Below are positions 9,119 to 19,127 of a stretch of DNA of 64,000 nucleotides, one piece after another. The DNA is from Candidatus Bathyarchaeia archaeon. GTDB lineage: Archaea; Thermoproteota; Bathyarchaeia; Bathyarchaeales; Bathycorpusculaceae. The stretch spans positions 1-64,000 of the forward strand of contig JBMFOB010000001.1 of assembly GCA_049969855.1 (NCBI GenBank). The letters are read 5' to 3'. The notes under the pieces are model-generated. The model was given only the letters and a program-made list of their open reading frames with translations. It was not told the DNA's origin and did not search any database. Position numbers and translations under genes: made by a program. The number at the start of each line of letters is the position of its first letter. Positions within the stretch are counted from its first letter, which is position 1.

Positions 9119-10843
9119 CTAACCGACACTGTATTCTATGAACGCCTTAGTGAATTTCTTCATCAAATCATAAGGACTTTCCACAACACAATTTGTGCGA
9201 ATATATTCTTTAACAGCACGGCTTTGCACACCAATACCTATTACGCCGACGCCCATACGTTCAATTTTTTTAATATTCTCCTTCAACTTTTCTTCAGCGC
9301 CTTCATATCCCGATGGGAAAAAATCTGAAACAACAACCAGAACTCTCGCCTCTTCTAACCGTTTAGTTAAAGCTTGGGCAGCAAGCAAAACAGCATCTGG
9401 AAGATATGTCAAGCCTCCATGGGTTAATCCGCCTATTCTCGCTTTAACTTGCGCATTAAACCTTTCAGAGAAGTCTTTAATGACGTAAAATTTGTTGTTG
9501 AAAGCATACATGCCCCAAGAGTTCTGGTTGAGTATTAGCATTTTTGCAACTTCAGCCAAGCATAAGGCTATGCCGCGAACTTCGCCTTTAAACATGTTTA
9601 GGCTGTGGCTTGCATCTATAAGTATGGACCATGCGTCTTCTCTTGTTTGAAGTTCCTCTCGAACAAAAATATCGGTTCGCTGGCTTTTGCTTGCAATAAC
9701 TTGTATTGCTTCCTGCAAATCCACAAATCCGCTTTCTTGCCTAAAATCTTCGCCCCCAACATTTTTTAAAAGTCTTAACTGATACATTATGCGCCTTATA
9801 GGACCGCCCAAAATTTCCCTTCTTCTCTGAAACTCTGCATAATCTTCAACTGGAAACTCGAAATCCTCAAATGGAGAATCCTTTCCAATTTGAGCATAAT
9901 CCTTCAAAATTTTCAACATGAAATTTTCCTGCTCCTGCCATGCCACCAAAACTTGATTGGCTTCGCTTTCCTTCAAACTTTGCAGAACGGCTTCATTTTT
10001 AATTTTAGAGTTAAGGGCGTTTAATGCGTCTGTTAGAATTGGTTGCATTTCCTCTTCCTTAGGTATGTGATGCTCATAGAAAAGGTCGTTTGTTCCGTGA
10101 CATTCTACGTATAAAAGCGAGGGAACCTCAAAGGTTTCTCCATAAACCGCTAAGGCATCGTAAATTTTGTTGGCAGCATCTATCTTGTTGTCGAGTGTTG
10201 GATTTTCTCCTATCCAGCGGAGAATGGACGTTATTGCATTAACGTCTGTAAGCATATCATCCGCCAATTTTCCCTTAACTTTTCCAACAATACATTCTTG
10301 AAGTATTGAAGCCATAACCCTTGAAATTTTGTTTGGAAGTTTATCAACGTCCCTCATAAGAAGAAAGGAGATGGCATTAGCGTAGGCTATTTCGGGAACC
10401 ATCCATTCAAATGACCGCTTAAAATGCTCATTCACTATGGCATCTTCAATTAGGCTAATAACAAAAGTTGATAAATTATGAGACTTTCCTCTCGCCCACT
10501 TTGAATATACCGAAAAGTCTGACAAATGCGAATGCATAGCCAAATGATAAACTGACGATTTGAATAAATACCAAATTATTTTCTTATGTGTCGAATCTTG
10601 AAGGTTAAATTTTAACCCTTGAAAATAAACGCATTTCTCGCCTAACTTTTTAGGTTTAACTAAGTGAAGAACAAACCCTCTGCTGTCCTTCCCTAAGTAG
10701 GGATATCTGAGGTCATCATGTAAAAGAATTTTCATTTCACCATGTGTCTTTTTTGTTATTTGAGAAGCAGCGGACCATGCGAAATCAAAAAAGTTCAATG
10801 CACAACCCATGCTTTTGTTATGCGCCAAAAACAGACTCGACAA
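9119..10843 (-). CDS. VWA-domain protein (NorD/CbbO-like MoxR partner)
   Basis: C-terminal VWA with MIDAS ILIDASHS, GLT, VVSDFFP; N-terminal LIEDA motif; follows MoxR ATPase. Confidence 0.82.
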   Translation of the reverse strand: MSSLFLAHNKSMGCALNFFDFAWSAASQITKKTHGEMKILLHDDLRYPYLGKDSRGFVLHLVKPKKLGEKCVYFQGLKFNLQDSTHKKIIWYLFKSSVYHLAMHSHLSDFSVYSKWARGKSHNLSTFVISLIEDAIVNEHFKRSFEWMVPEIAYANAISFLLMRDVDKLPNKISRVMASILQECIVGKVKGKLADDMLTDVNAITSILRWIGENPTLDNKIDAANKIYDALAVYGETFEVPSLLYVECHGTNDLFYEHHIPKEEEMQPILTDALNALNSKIKNEAVLQSLKESEANQVLVAWQEQENFMLKILKDYAQIGKDSPFEDFEFPVEDYAEFQRRREILGGPIRRIMYQLRLLKNVGGEDFRQESGFVDLQEAIQVIASKSQRTDIFVREELQTREDAWSILIDASHSLNMFKGEVRGIALCLAEVAKMLILNQNSWGMYAFNNKFYVIKDFSERFNAQVKARIGGLTHGGLTYLPDAVLLAAQALTKRLEEARVLVVVSDFFPSGYEGAEEKLKENIKKIERMGVGVIGIGVQSRAVKEYIRTNCVVESPYDLMKKFTKAFIEYSVG

Positions 10844-11867
10844 TCCGTTTAACAGCAGCCTGCACTTCTACATCATCGCTTGTTGTTCCAACTATTGTTT
10901 CAACAGCCGCCTCTATGGGTCCGCATCCATCAGCAATTAAAGTTGCCCAGTTAATCAAATCTCCAGGCGATGGCCCATAGGGTAAGTCGCCGTTTTTGTA
11001 TTGTCTTCTAAGCTCTGCGCCTACCTGAACTATTTTTTTGGATGTTTTTTCGTCTAGGCCGCTTCTTTTCATTATTAGTTCAACTTCGTCGGGGGAGATT
11101 TTTTCGCCTACGCTTAGGTAGTCAAAGTTTATCCAAACAGACATGCGTCGCCTTAAGGCGGCGTTTAATGGTTTTGTTCCAACGAATTCTGCTGAGAAAG
11201 GGTTCATTGAAATTACTAGGTAACCGTAAGGGTGCCTATTCACTATTTCGTTGTCTTTTTCTGTTAAAACAATATGTCCACGGGTGTCCAGAACTGGGTT
11301 TAATCTTGAGGCTATGTCTTGTTTCATCATGTTTGCTTCGTCCAAGTATAGTAAGCCGCCATTTCTGCACCACATTACTATTTGTCCGTCAATCCAGTTT
11401 TCCTTTCCAAGACCAATATATCTTCCGAACAAATCGTAAGCTGAAGTCTGCAAACCACAGTTTATTTCCCACATTGGTAATCCACAAAGTTCCGCAATCA
11501 AATACACAACGTGAGTTTTGCCAGTTCCACTGGGTCCAATTAAGGCGCATTGTTTGAAATAGTAGAGGGCTCGAACTATTCTTTCAACGTAGTTGAAGCC
11601 TCTGTCTATGTATTCTGGAGTGTTTCGCGGTATAAGTGTGCGCACAGATTCTGGGAATAAGAATCCAGGGTGCAAGTCATACTTTTCGATTCTATATTTT
11701 CTTCGAAGCTCCGTGTGTGTATGGGAGCTTACGTTGGCTGTTTTTGTTATTGAAACTGATAAGCGTGTGTCTTTTACTTCGGTTTTTATTTGTTCTTCTA
11801 CAACATAGGCAGTTTCGCCTTTCTGTTTTTTTCCGCCTTGGAATCCGAATCCGACAGCTTCTGCCAC
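10818..11867 (-). CDS. MoxR-family AAA+ ATPase (CbbQ/NirQ/NorQ/GvpN type)
   Basis: Walker A GPSGTGKT, Walker B LYLDEAN, SMNP, LNAALRRR. Confidence 0.9.
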   Translation of the reverse strand: MAEAVGFGFQGGKKQKGETAYVVEEQIKTEVKDTRLSVSITKTANVSSHTHTELRRKYRIEKYDLHPGFLFPESVRTLIPRNTPEYIDRGFNYVERIVRALYYFKQCALIGPSGTGKTHVVYLIAELCGLPMWEINCGLQTSAYDLFGRYIGLGKENWIDGQIVMWCRNGGLLYLDEANMMKQDIASRLNPVLDTRGHIVLTEKDNEIVNRHPYGYLVISMNPFSAEFVGTKPLNAALRRRMSVWINFDYLSVGEKISPDEVELIMKRSGLDEKTSKKIVQVGAELRRQYKNGDLPYGPSPGDLINWATLIADGCGPIEAAVETIVGTTSDDVEVQAAVKRIVESVFGA

Positions 11868-12003
11868 GATTGGCTTGTCTTTTAACTTTTGTTTTGAGTC
11901 TACCAGAATGGTTCCTCCGGAGGAGTGTTCTATGAGTGTTATCCGCAGATTTTGATTTAAATCTTACTACTTGAGATTCAATACATTGGATTACTCCTAA
12001 CAA

Positions 12004-12273
12004 TTACAATAAAAGATCAGTCAAAACACTTTGTAGCGCATTTTTATCCTTCAAATTTCGAAAAATAGCCTTTCCAGTTCCGTAAAGGCGAAAAGAGACG
12101 TCTTTAAATTTTAATTCGAAAATTATGGTTGAAATTGACTTTTCTATTTTTGCTTTTTTTAGAATTTTGTTTATGGCTTCATCTTTTTTGTCATACTTTA
12201 ATATGACTATGAAATCTTTCTCTTCGCCGCATGTTTCTTCAATTCTAGCAACGTAATCTTCTAATGCGACCAT
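12004..12273 (-). CDS. Small protein resembling the C-terminal domain of MoeB/ThiF
   Basis: EETCG and FRLYGTGKAIFRN recall the MoeB C-terminal domain; translationally coupled to sufS. Confidence 0.5.
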   Translation of the reverse strand: MVALEDYVARIEETCGEEKDFIVILKYDKKDEAINKILKKAKIEKSISTIIFELKFKDVSFRLYGTGKAIFRNLKDKNALQSVLTDLLL

Positions 12274-13508
12274 TAAATCTGCTCTATCTCCTTCAAAACT
12301 TCAACAAATCTGTCAATTTCTTCGCTGGTGTTATAAATGTAAAAGCTTGCCCTTGCAGAAGATTTCAGCTTTAACAGTTCGTGTAAGGGCTGAGCGCAGT
12401 GGAAACCGCTTCTAACCATGATGCCATAATTGTCCAAAAACAAGGCAACATCATGCGAGCTTAGACCATCAACACCGAAAGGAATTATCCCACATTTTGT
12501 AGAGGCTTGTTTTGGCCCGTAAATCTCGACTTTTCTGCATTCTTCCATTTTTTGCATTGCATATTTCGTTAACATTTCCTCATGCGCCTTCACATTTTCC
12601 ATGCCTATTTCCCTCAAATATTTTATAGCTTCCATCAGCCCGATGCCTCCGCAAACGTTGGGTGTTCCAGCTTCAAACTTCCATGGCAGAACGTTCCAAG
12701 TTATGGAACAATGTCCTTTCGCAGAATTGAAGGAAACATTTCGTATCATTTCGCCTCCTCCCTGAAAGGGGTCCATGCTTTCGAGGATTTCACGTTTACC
12801 ATACAATACGCCTATGCCTGTTGGTCCCAACATTTTGTGCCCAGAAAAGGCAAGAAAATCTATGTCTAAATCTTTAACATTGACTGGTAAATGGGGAACC
12901 GACTGAGCGCCATCCACTAGGGTTAGAGCATTGTGTTCATGGGCAACTTTTGCAATTTTCTTTACATCATTCACGACGCCGCTCACATTTGAAACATGGC
13001 TTATGCATACAATTTTTGTTTTCTCTGAAATTTTGTTTTCAAAATCATCATAATCTAAGGTTCCGTCCTTCTTCACGTTCACATAAACAACATTGAAGCC
13101 GCGCAGTTTTGAAAGGATTTCCCAAGGAACAAGATTGCTGTGGTGCTCCATCAAGGAGACTATTACTTCATCTTCTTTCGTTAGGTTGCGACATCCCCAA
13201 GAGTATGCTACCAGGTTTATTGCTTCGGTCGTGCCCCTAACAAAAATTGTTTCTTCCATGCCTCGCGCGTTTATGAATTTGGCAACTTCTTCGTGTGCCT
13301 CTTCGTAAAGTTCAGAAGCCTCTTGGGATAATGTGTGGACTGCTCTGTGAACGTTTGCGTTGTGGTTTTCATAAAAGTTTTTAATGGCTTCAATCACTTG
13401 TCTTGGCTTTTGCGAAGTTGCTGCATTATCAAAGTATATTAGGGGATTATTGTTTATTTTCCGCTTTAGAATTGGAAAATCTTCCCGAATTTTGTACGGG
13501 TCCAACAT
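12273..13508 (-). CDS. sufS: SufS-type (group II) cysteine desulfurase
   Basis: YFDNAATSQKP, EHHSN, SGHKMLGPTG (PLP Lys), RSGFHCAQP. Confidence 0.95.
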   Translation of the reverse strand: MLDPYKIREDFPILKRKINNNPLIYFDNAATSQKPRQVIEAIKNFYENHNANVHRAVHTLSQEASELYEEAHEEVAKFINARGMEETIFVRGTTEAINLVAYSWGCRNLTKEDEVIVSLMEHHSNLVPWEILSKLRGFNVVYVNVKKDGTLDYDDFENKISEKTKIVCISHVSNVSGVVNDVKKIAKVAHEHNALTLVDGAQSVPHLPVNVKDLDIDFLAFSGHKMLGPTGIGVLYGKREILESMDPFQGGGEMIRNVSFNSAKGHCSITWNVLPWKFEAGTPNVCGGIGLMEAIKYLREIGMENVKAHEEMLTKYAMQKMEECRKVEIYGPKQASTKCGIIPFGVDGLSSHDVALFLDNYGIMVRSGFHCAQPLHELLKLKSSARASFYIYNTSEEIDRFVEVLKEIEQI

Positions 13509-14009
13509 TCACTTTTCCTCTGATGTTTTCAGTCTTTTTTCGAGGACTCTGGCAAGTTCTTCCTCTTCTAAGGCTTGTTTTTCTTCAAAACTTAATTCTT
13601 CTGGAAGCCAGTGGGGAAAAGCTCCCTTGTTTTTATAGTATTTTCTTATTGCCCTGTGCAGTGCACCAACGGCTAGAACGCCGCAATGAAATTTTATGCT
13701 CGGTAATCCGCCAACGGCTTCTGTCACACTTTTCCATGAGATTTTCCATGCATCTTCCAGTTTGATGCCTTTAATCATTTCTGTGACTATGCTGGATGTT
13801 GCTATGTTTGCGGCGCAGCCGTAACTTTCAAATGAAGCCTTTTCAATAACTTCTTGCTCGTTAATTTTTAAGTAGAATGTTATCATGTCTCCACATGCTG
13901 GGTTTCCAGCAACAGCTATGACTGTTGCATCTTCCATCTTCCCAAGATTTTTCGGATTTCTAAATAATTCAAGAACCTTCGGGTTGTAGGGTAAAGGCAT
14001 CCGCGACAT
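13509..14009 (-). CDS. iscU: IscU/NifU-type Fe-S scaffold protein
   Basis: GNPACGD, GCAANIA, KFHC: three conserved Cys. Confidence 0.92.
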   Translation of the reverse strand: MSRMPLPYNPKVLELFRNPKNLGKMEDATVIAVAGNPACGDMITFYLKINEQEVIEKASFESYGCAANIATSSIVTEMIKGIKLEDAWKISWKSVTEAVGGLPSIKFHCGVLAVGALHRAIRKYYKNKGAFPHWLPEELSFEEKQALEEEELARVLEKRLKTSEEK

Positions 14010-14010
14010 T

Positions 14011-15246
14011 TCACTCCACTCCGGTAGCGCCAGTTATTCCTCTAATTCTTTCCACAGCCTTTGGAATTACTTCTAAAACATAATTTATGTCTTCGCTGGT
14101 GTGATACCTTGTAACCTTCATCAGAATGCTGCCATGCGCTTCGCTGTAAACTCGCCCTATTGCGATAAGAACGTGGCTTGGCTGAAGAATCCTTCTCGTG
14201 CATGCACTCCCACTTGAAACGTAAACGCCATTTAGACTCAGCTCTATTGTTAACGCTTCTCCTTCACATCTTAAAAAGCTAATATTCACATTGTCAGGCG
14301 CCCTTTTATCGCCTCTGGGCCCGTTAAGTCTAACGTCTGTTACCCGCTTGAAAATGCCTTCAATGAGTTGGTCTCGCAGAACCCGCATATGCCTCAAGTT
14401 TTCTTCAAAGTTTTGGAAGGCAAGTTCAGACGCCTTTGCAAAACCAACAATTAAGGGAGTGTTTTCAATTCCAGGCCAAAGCTTCTGAGTCCCAATTTGA
14501 CCCTCCAAAATCCTTTCTAAATTAACGCCTTCCCTAACGTATAAAGCGCCTATCCCCCTTGGTCCCAAAATTTTGTAGCTGCTTATTGTGGCTAAATCCA
14601 CACCTAAAGATTTAATGTCGATGGAGATTTTGCCAAAAGCGTCAGACATATCAGAGTGAAAAATTGTTTCTGGATTTTTGTCCTTTACAATTTTTAGGAC
14701 TTCTTTAATTGATTGTATTGTTCCAATTTCATGATTCACAGCTGACAAGCTTACGAGAATTGTTTCTTTGTCTACGGTTTCCTTTAACTTTTCAAGATTT
14801 ATGAAGCCTTCCTTGTCAACGGGAATTTTTGTTGTGGTAAACCCATATTTTTGGAGCAATTCGGTAGTGGTATGCAAAACGCTTAATGGCTCAATTTCGG
14901 AAATAACAATTTTTTTACCCTTATTTTTCATGGAAAAAGCTGTTCCCAAAAGCGCTAAATTGTTGGCTTCTGTTTCTCCTGGAGTAAAATTAATTTCCTC
15001 AAGGCTTTTGCATCCAAAAAAATTTGCAATCTTTTGTGCAGACTCCATTATTTTTTCGAAGGCTTCCCATCCAGGTTTATGCGTTAATGTTGGGTTGCCA
15101 TATGCGTATTGGTTAAAGTAGGGCAACATTGCCTCAACTATTTCTTTTGGGACTAGGCTTGAATTTTCAACATCTAAGTAAACTTCCCTTTTTAGTCCCT
15201 CGTGCGCTTTGAGGAGTTCTCTAACGTTTTCAATCATGCCCTTCAA
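14011..15246 (-). CDS. iscS: IscS/NifS-like (group I) cysteine desulfurase, divergent
   Basis: GETEANN, NHEIGT, SSYKILGPRG, SSGSACT catalytic loop. Confidence 0.82.
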   Translation of the reverse strand: MKGMIENVRELLKAHEGLKREVYLDVENSSLVPKEIVEAMLPYFNQYAYGNPTLTHKPGWEAFEKIMESAQKIANFFGCKSLEEINFTPGETEANNLALLGTAFSMKNKGKKIVISEIEPLSVLHTTTELLQKYGFTTTKIPVDKEGFINLEKLKETVDKETILVSLSAVNHEIGTIQSIKEVLKIVKDKNPETIFHSDMSDAFGKISIDIKSLGVDLATISSYKILGPRGIGALYVREGVNLERILEGQIGTQKLWPGIENTPLIVGFAKASELAFQNFEENLRHMRVLRDQLIEGIFKRVTDVRLNGPRGDKRAPDNVNISFLRCEGEALTIELSLNGVYVSSGSACTRRILQPSHVLIAIGRVYSEAHGSILMKVTRYHTSEDINYVLEVIPKAVERIRGITGATGVE

Positions 15247-15441
15247 GTCCTTGCTTCACGCTTTAATAGATTCATCTTATAGAAAAAGGTATTTGGTTAA
15301 GCTTTCATGAGCTAGCATACAATTTATGGCTTGTTTTTCAACCAATAGCGATAGCCCCTCTCTAGTTTTTAGGTTTTCAAGTAACGCTTTAAATTGGTGT
15401 TGCGTTTATTGTGCCGTAGAGAAATATATAGGCGTATCCAA

Positions 15442-17673
15442 GTGAAGATTGTAGATTTGCCAATTCCAGAGCCTGTTAAGGAAATTCTAATCAAGTCTGG
15501 AATAGTGGAGCTTTATCCACCACAAGAAGAAGCAATAAAAGCTGGAGCTCTTGAAGGGCGAAACCTTGTTTTGGCAAGTCCCACTGCCTCTGGAAAAACT
15601 TTGGTGGCTGAATTCTGCGCTTTAAAGCATATTCTGAAAAAAAATGGAAAAGTTGTTTATCTTACGCCTTTGAGGGCTTTGGCTAACGAAAAATTTGACG
15701 AATTCAAGAAGTACACTTCCATAAAGAAAGATGATGGCAGACGAGTGCGAATAGGCATAAGCACTGGTGATTTTGACAGCAGCGACCCATGGTTAGAGCG
15801 CTATGACATCATCATTACTACTAATGAGAAGGCTGATTCGCTTTTGAGGCACAGAGCCAAGTGGATGGATGAAATTTCCCTTGTTGTTGCTGATGAAGTT
15901 CACTTGTTAAATGATGCTGAGCGTGGTCCAACCCTTGAGGTGGTTTTGGCGAGGCTTATGCAGATTAATCCAGACATTCAAGTTTTGGCTTTAAGCGCCA
16001 CAATAAATAACGTTGAAGAAATTGCAGAGTGGCTTAAGGCAGACTATGTTACAACAGAGTGGAGACCGATACTTCTGAAAGAAGGCGTTCTATTACACGA
16101 AGAAATTCAGTTTAAGAATGGGGACGCCCGCAAAATAGAAAAAGAAACTAGGAATCCAGCCATAAACTTGGCATTAAACACAGTGAAATCTGGAGGTCAA
16201 GCCTTAATTTTTGCTGCAACCCGCAAAAACGCAGTTATGTTGGCGAAGAAAATTGCGGGCGAAATTGAACAGGCTTTGTCTAAACCAATAAGACGTGCCT
16301 TGGAACACGAAGCAGAAAGAATTTTGGCAGCAGGCGAAAAAACCAGAATAAGCGAGTTGCTTGCTGAACTCATTAAACGCGGCACAGCCTTTCACCATGC
16401 TGGTTTGGGCGGAGCCCACCGCAAATTGATAGAGGATTCATTCCGCGAAGGAAAAATTAAGGTTTTAACTGCAACACCAACATTGGCTTTCGGCGTGAAC
16501 CTTCCAGCAAGAACCGTAGTAATACAAGATTATAGACGCTACGAGCCAGGATATGGCTACTATCCAATAAGCGTTTTAGAATACAAGCAGATGGCTGGCA
16601 GAGCTGGAAGACCCAAATACGACAAGGTCGGCGAAGCCATACTCATAGCCAAAACTGGAGATGAAGCAGACTATTTAATGGAAAGCTACATTTTAGCAAA
16701 GCCAGAGCGAATATGGTCAAGACTTGCTGTTGAAAGAATCTTGAGGTCGCATGTTTTAGCCACAATCGCAGCGGATTTCGCCCACACAGAACGCGGAATA
16801 TACGACTTTTTTGGAAGAACCTTTTATGCGCATCAATATGAAACCAGCGCTATTAAGGGCATAATAGCAAAAATCCTCAAGTACCTTTACGATGAGGAAA
16901 TGATTGAGGTGTCTGGAGAAAACATTTACGCAACAAACTTTGGAAAACGAGTAAGCGAATTATACATTGACCCAGTTTCAGCCGTCATAATAAGAAACGC
17001 CATAAGAAGAAAACCCGCATACATAACAGATTTAAGCCTCCTCCACATGATTGCGCATACGCCAGACATGGGTCCAATAATGAGACCATACGCCAGGGAA
17101 TTGGATACAATAGCCATATTCATGGAAGAACACAAGCCAGAGTTTCTAGTGGAAGTGCCAGACGAATGGGAAGACCGCATAACCTACGAACAATTCTTAG
17201 GCGAAGTAAAAACAGCCCTGGTTCTAAACGCATGGATCGAAGAAATGACAGAAGACGAAATAATCGAAAGATTCAGAACACAACCCGGAGACCTATACAG
17301 AACCATTGAAAACGCCAAATGGCTCCTATACGCAACACATGAGTTGGCATCGCTTTTCGGCAACAAAGAAATCCTACCAAAAACAGCCGAACTCATAGAA
17401 AGAGTTGAAAAAGGAGTGAAAAAAGAACTGCTGCCAATAGTTAAACTTGAAGGAGTTGGCAGAGCCCGCGGACGCATACTCTACAATGCGGGATACAAAA
17501 CAATAGAAGACATAAAACTTGCAGCCATAAAAGATTTAATGAATTTGCCGTTGATAGGACCTAAACTAGCAAAGAAAATTAAGGAACAAGTAGGCGGTTT
17601 CGTGAAGAAGGAAACATGGGAAAAACTTGAAAAAGAAGACGTGTGGAAACAGAAAGCCCTAACAGAATATTAG
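15442..17673 (+). CDS. hel308: Ski2-like DNA helicase Hel308/Hjm
   Basis: LYPPQ, PTASGKT, DEVH, SAT, HHAGL, QMAGRAGRP, C-terminal HhH; GTG at 15442 preferred to the track start at 15394. Confidence 0.93.
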   Translation: MKIVDLPIPEPVKEILIKSGIVELYPPQEEAIKAGALEGRNLVLASPTASGKTLVAEFCALKHILKKNGKVVYLTPLRALANEKFDEFKKYTSIKKDDGRRVRIGISTGDFDSSDPWLERYDIIITTNEKADSLLRHRAKWMDEISLVVADEVHLLNDAERGPTLEVVLARLMQINPDIQVLALSATINNVEEIAEWLKADYVTTEWRPILLKEGVLLHEEIQFKNGDARKIEKETRNPAINLALNTVKSGGQALIFAATRKNAVMLAKKIAGEIEQALSKPIRRALEHEAERILAAGEKTRISELLAELIKRGTAFHHAGLGGAHRKLIEDSFREGKIKVLTATPTLAFGVNLPARTVVIQDYRRYEPGYGYYPISVLEYKQMAGRAGRPKYDKVGEAILIAKTGDEADYLMESYILAKPERIWSRLAVERILRSHVLATIAADFAHTERGIYDFFGRTFYAHQYETSAIKGIIAKILKYLYDEEMIEVSGENIYATNFGKRVSELYIDPVSAVIIRNAIRRKPAYITDLSLLHMIAHTPDMGPIMRPYARELDTIAIFMEEHKPEFLVEVPDEWEDRITYEQFLGEVKTALVLNAWIEEMTEDEIIERFRTQPGDLYRTIENAKWLLYATHELASLFGNKEILPKTAELIERVEKGVKKELLPIVKLEGVGRARGRILYNAGYKTIEDIKLAAIKDLMNLPLIGPKLAKKIKEQVGGFVKKETWEKLEKEDVWKQKALTEY

Positions 17674-19037
17674 GCCAAACCTCTGGATTTACGCTCCTTT
17701 AATGTTTTCTTAACCATCAAACCCACTTGTTTTTTGGCGGTTCCCAAATAATTCTTCGGCTTCAAAGCCTCAGCAATTTCTTTCTCGCTTAATTTGCTAC
17801 GCACAATTTTATCCTCCAAGAGAATTTCCTTAAAATGCCGCTTCTCAGCTTCGCTTTTTATAGTTAACTTTCTTAGAAGCTCGTGGGCTTCTTGGCGGTC
17901 CACGCCCTTCCGTGTTAACGCTATCATAACCGCTTCAGACATGGCACGCCCTTGCGTTAATTCAATGTTTTTCAGCATTCTTTTTTCGTCGACACGCAAA
18001 TTAGCCACAATGTTAGTCATTAAGAAAAGCATGTAATCAACCAAAATGCATGCTTCTGGAATTATGAAACGCTCGGCGGAAGACTGCGTTAAATCCCTTT
18101 CGTGCCAAGTTACAACATTCTCCAAGGCTGGGGTAACAAGGCTTCTAACAATTCTTGATAAACCGCAAACTCTTTCGCATGTTTCTGGGTTCCGTTTATG
18201 AGGCATGGTTGAACTGCCAACTTGTTTTTCGACCTCGAAAGGCTCAAAAAGTTCCCCGATTTCTGGTCTTTGAAGTTCTCGAATTTCTGTGGCAAAATTT
18301 TCAAGGGATGAGGCAATCAAGGCTAAAAGGCATATTAGTTCGGCGTGGCGGTCTCTTTGCACAATCTGCGTTGAAATGTCAGCAGCTTTTAAGCCTAAAC
18401 GTTGCATAACAAGTTCCTGAATTCTCATGGCGTTAGCGCCTAAACCAGCTTGGGTTCCAACAGCCCCACTCATTTTCCCAGCCAAAACCCGCTCCCTACA
18501 TTGCCTAAGTCTTTGAATATGCCGTGAAATTTCGCGCATCCAAACCGCAAACTTGAAGCCTAATGTTATTGGTAAGGCATGTTGACCATGAGTTCTGCCC
18601 ATCATCAAAGTATTTTTATGCTGCAAAGCTTTTTCCATCAAAACCTTTTCAAACTCATCCAATCTTTTCTCAATTAATTCCAAAGCATCCTTCAGCTGAA
18701 GAGCTATGGCGGTGTCCACAATATCATAACTTGTAGCCCCAAGGTGAACGTAAGCGCCGCTTGGTCCACACACTTCTGCTAAGGCTCTAACCAAAGCTGC
18801 AACATCATGCTTTATTTCACGCTCAAACTCCTTTATCTTACCCAACTTAACATGTTCCAAAGAAGCCATAGCCGCAATTTTTTCAGCATCCACTTTCGGT
18901 ATGTTTCCAACTTCAGCATGCGCTAAAGCTAAGGCTGCTTCAACATCAAGCATCTTTTGAACACGTGTTTCCTCTTCGAAGATTTTTCGCATTTCAGCAG
19001 TTCCGTAACGACCAGTGTCAATGGGGAGAATTGGCAA
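17670..19037 (-). CDS. purB: Adenylosuccinate lyase
   Basis: HLGATSYD, GRTHGQHA, GSSTMPHKRNP signature; probable TTG start at 19037. Confidence 0.95.
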   Translation of the reverse strand: MPILPIDTGRYGTAEMRKIFEEETRVQKMLDVEAALALAHAEVGNIPKVDAEKIAAMASLEHVKLGKIKEFEREIKHDVAALVRALAEVCGPSGAYVHLGATSYDIVDTAIALQLKDALELIEKRLDEFEKVLMEKALQHKNTLMMGRTHGQHALPITLGFKFAVWMREISRHIQRLRQCRERVLAGKMSGAVGTQAGLGANAMRIQELVMQRLGLKAADISTQIVQRDRHAELICLLALIASSLENFATEIRELQRPEIGELFEPFEVEKQVGSSTMPHKRNPETCERVCGLSRIVRSLVTPALENVVTWHERDLTQSSAERFIIPEACILVDYMLFLMTNIVANLRVDEKRMLKNIELTQGRAMSEAVMIALTRKGVDRQEAHELLRKLTIKSEAEKRHFKEILLEDKIVRSKLSEKEIAEALKPKNYLGTAKKQVGLMVKKTLKERKSRGLA

Positions 19038-19127
19038 ATTCTTTATCCCTCGCAGAGAAATAAAGCGATTAGAGAATAAATGCCTTACCAAGCAACATGC
19101 CATAACACAAATTGAAGGACTATTAGC

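Noticed and set aside
11692-12003. 103-aa minus-strand ORF upstream of and overlapping the MoxR gene
   Set aside because: Out-of-frame overlap with the MoxR gene, atypical composition, no motif
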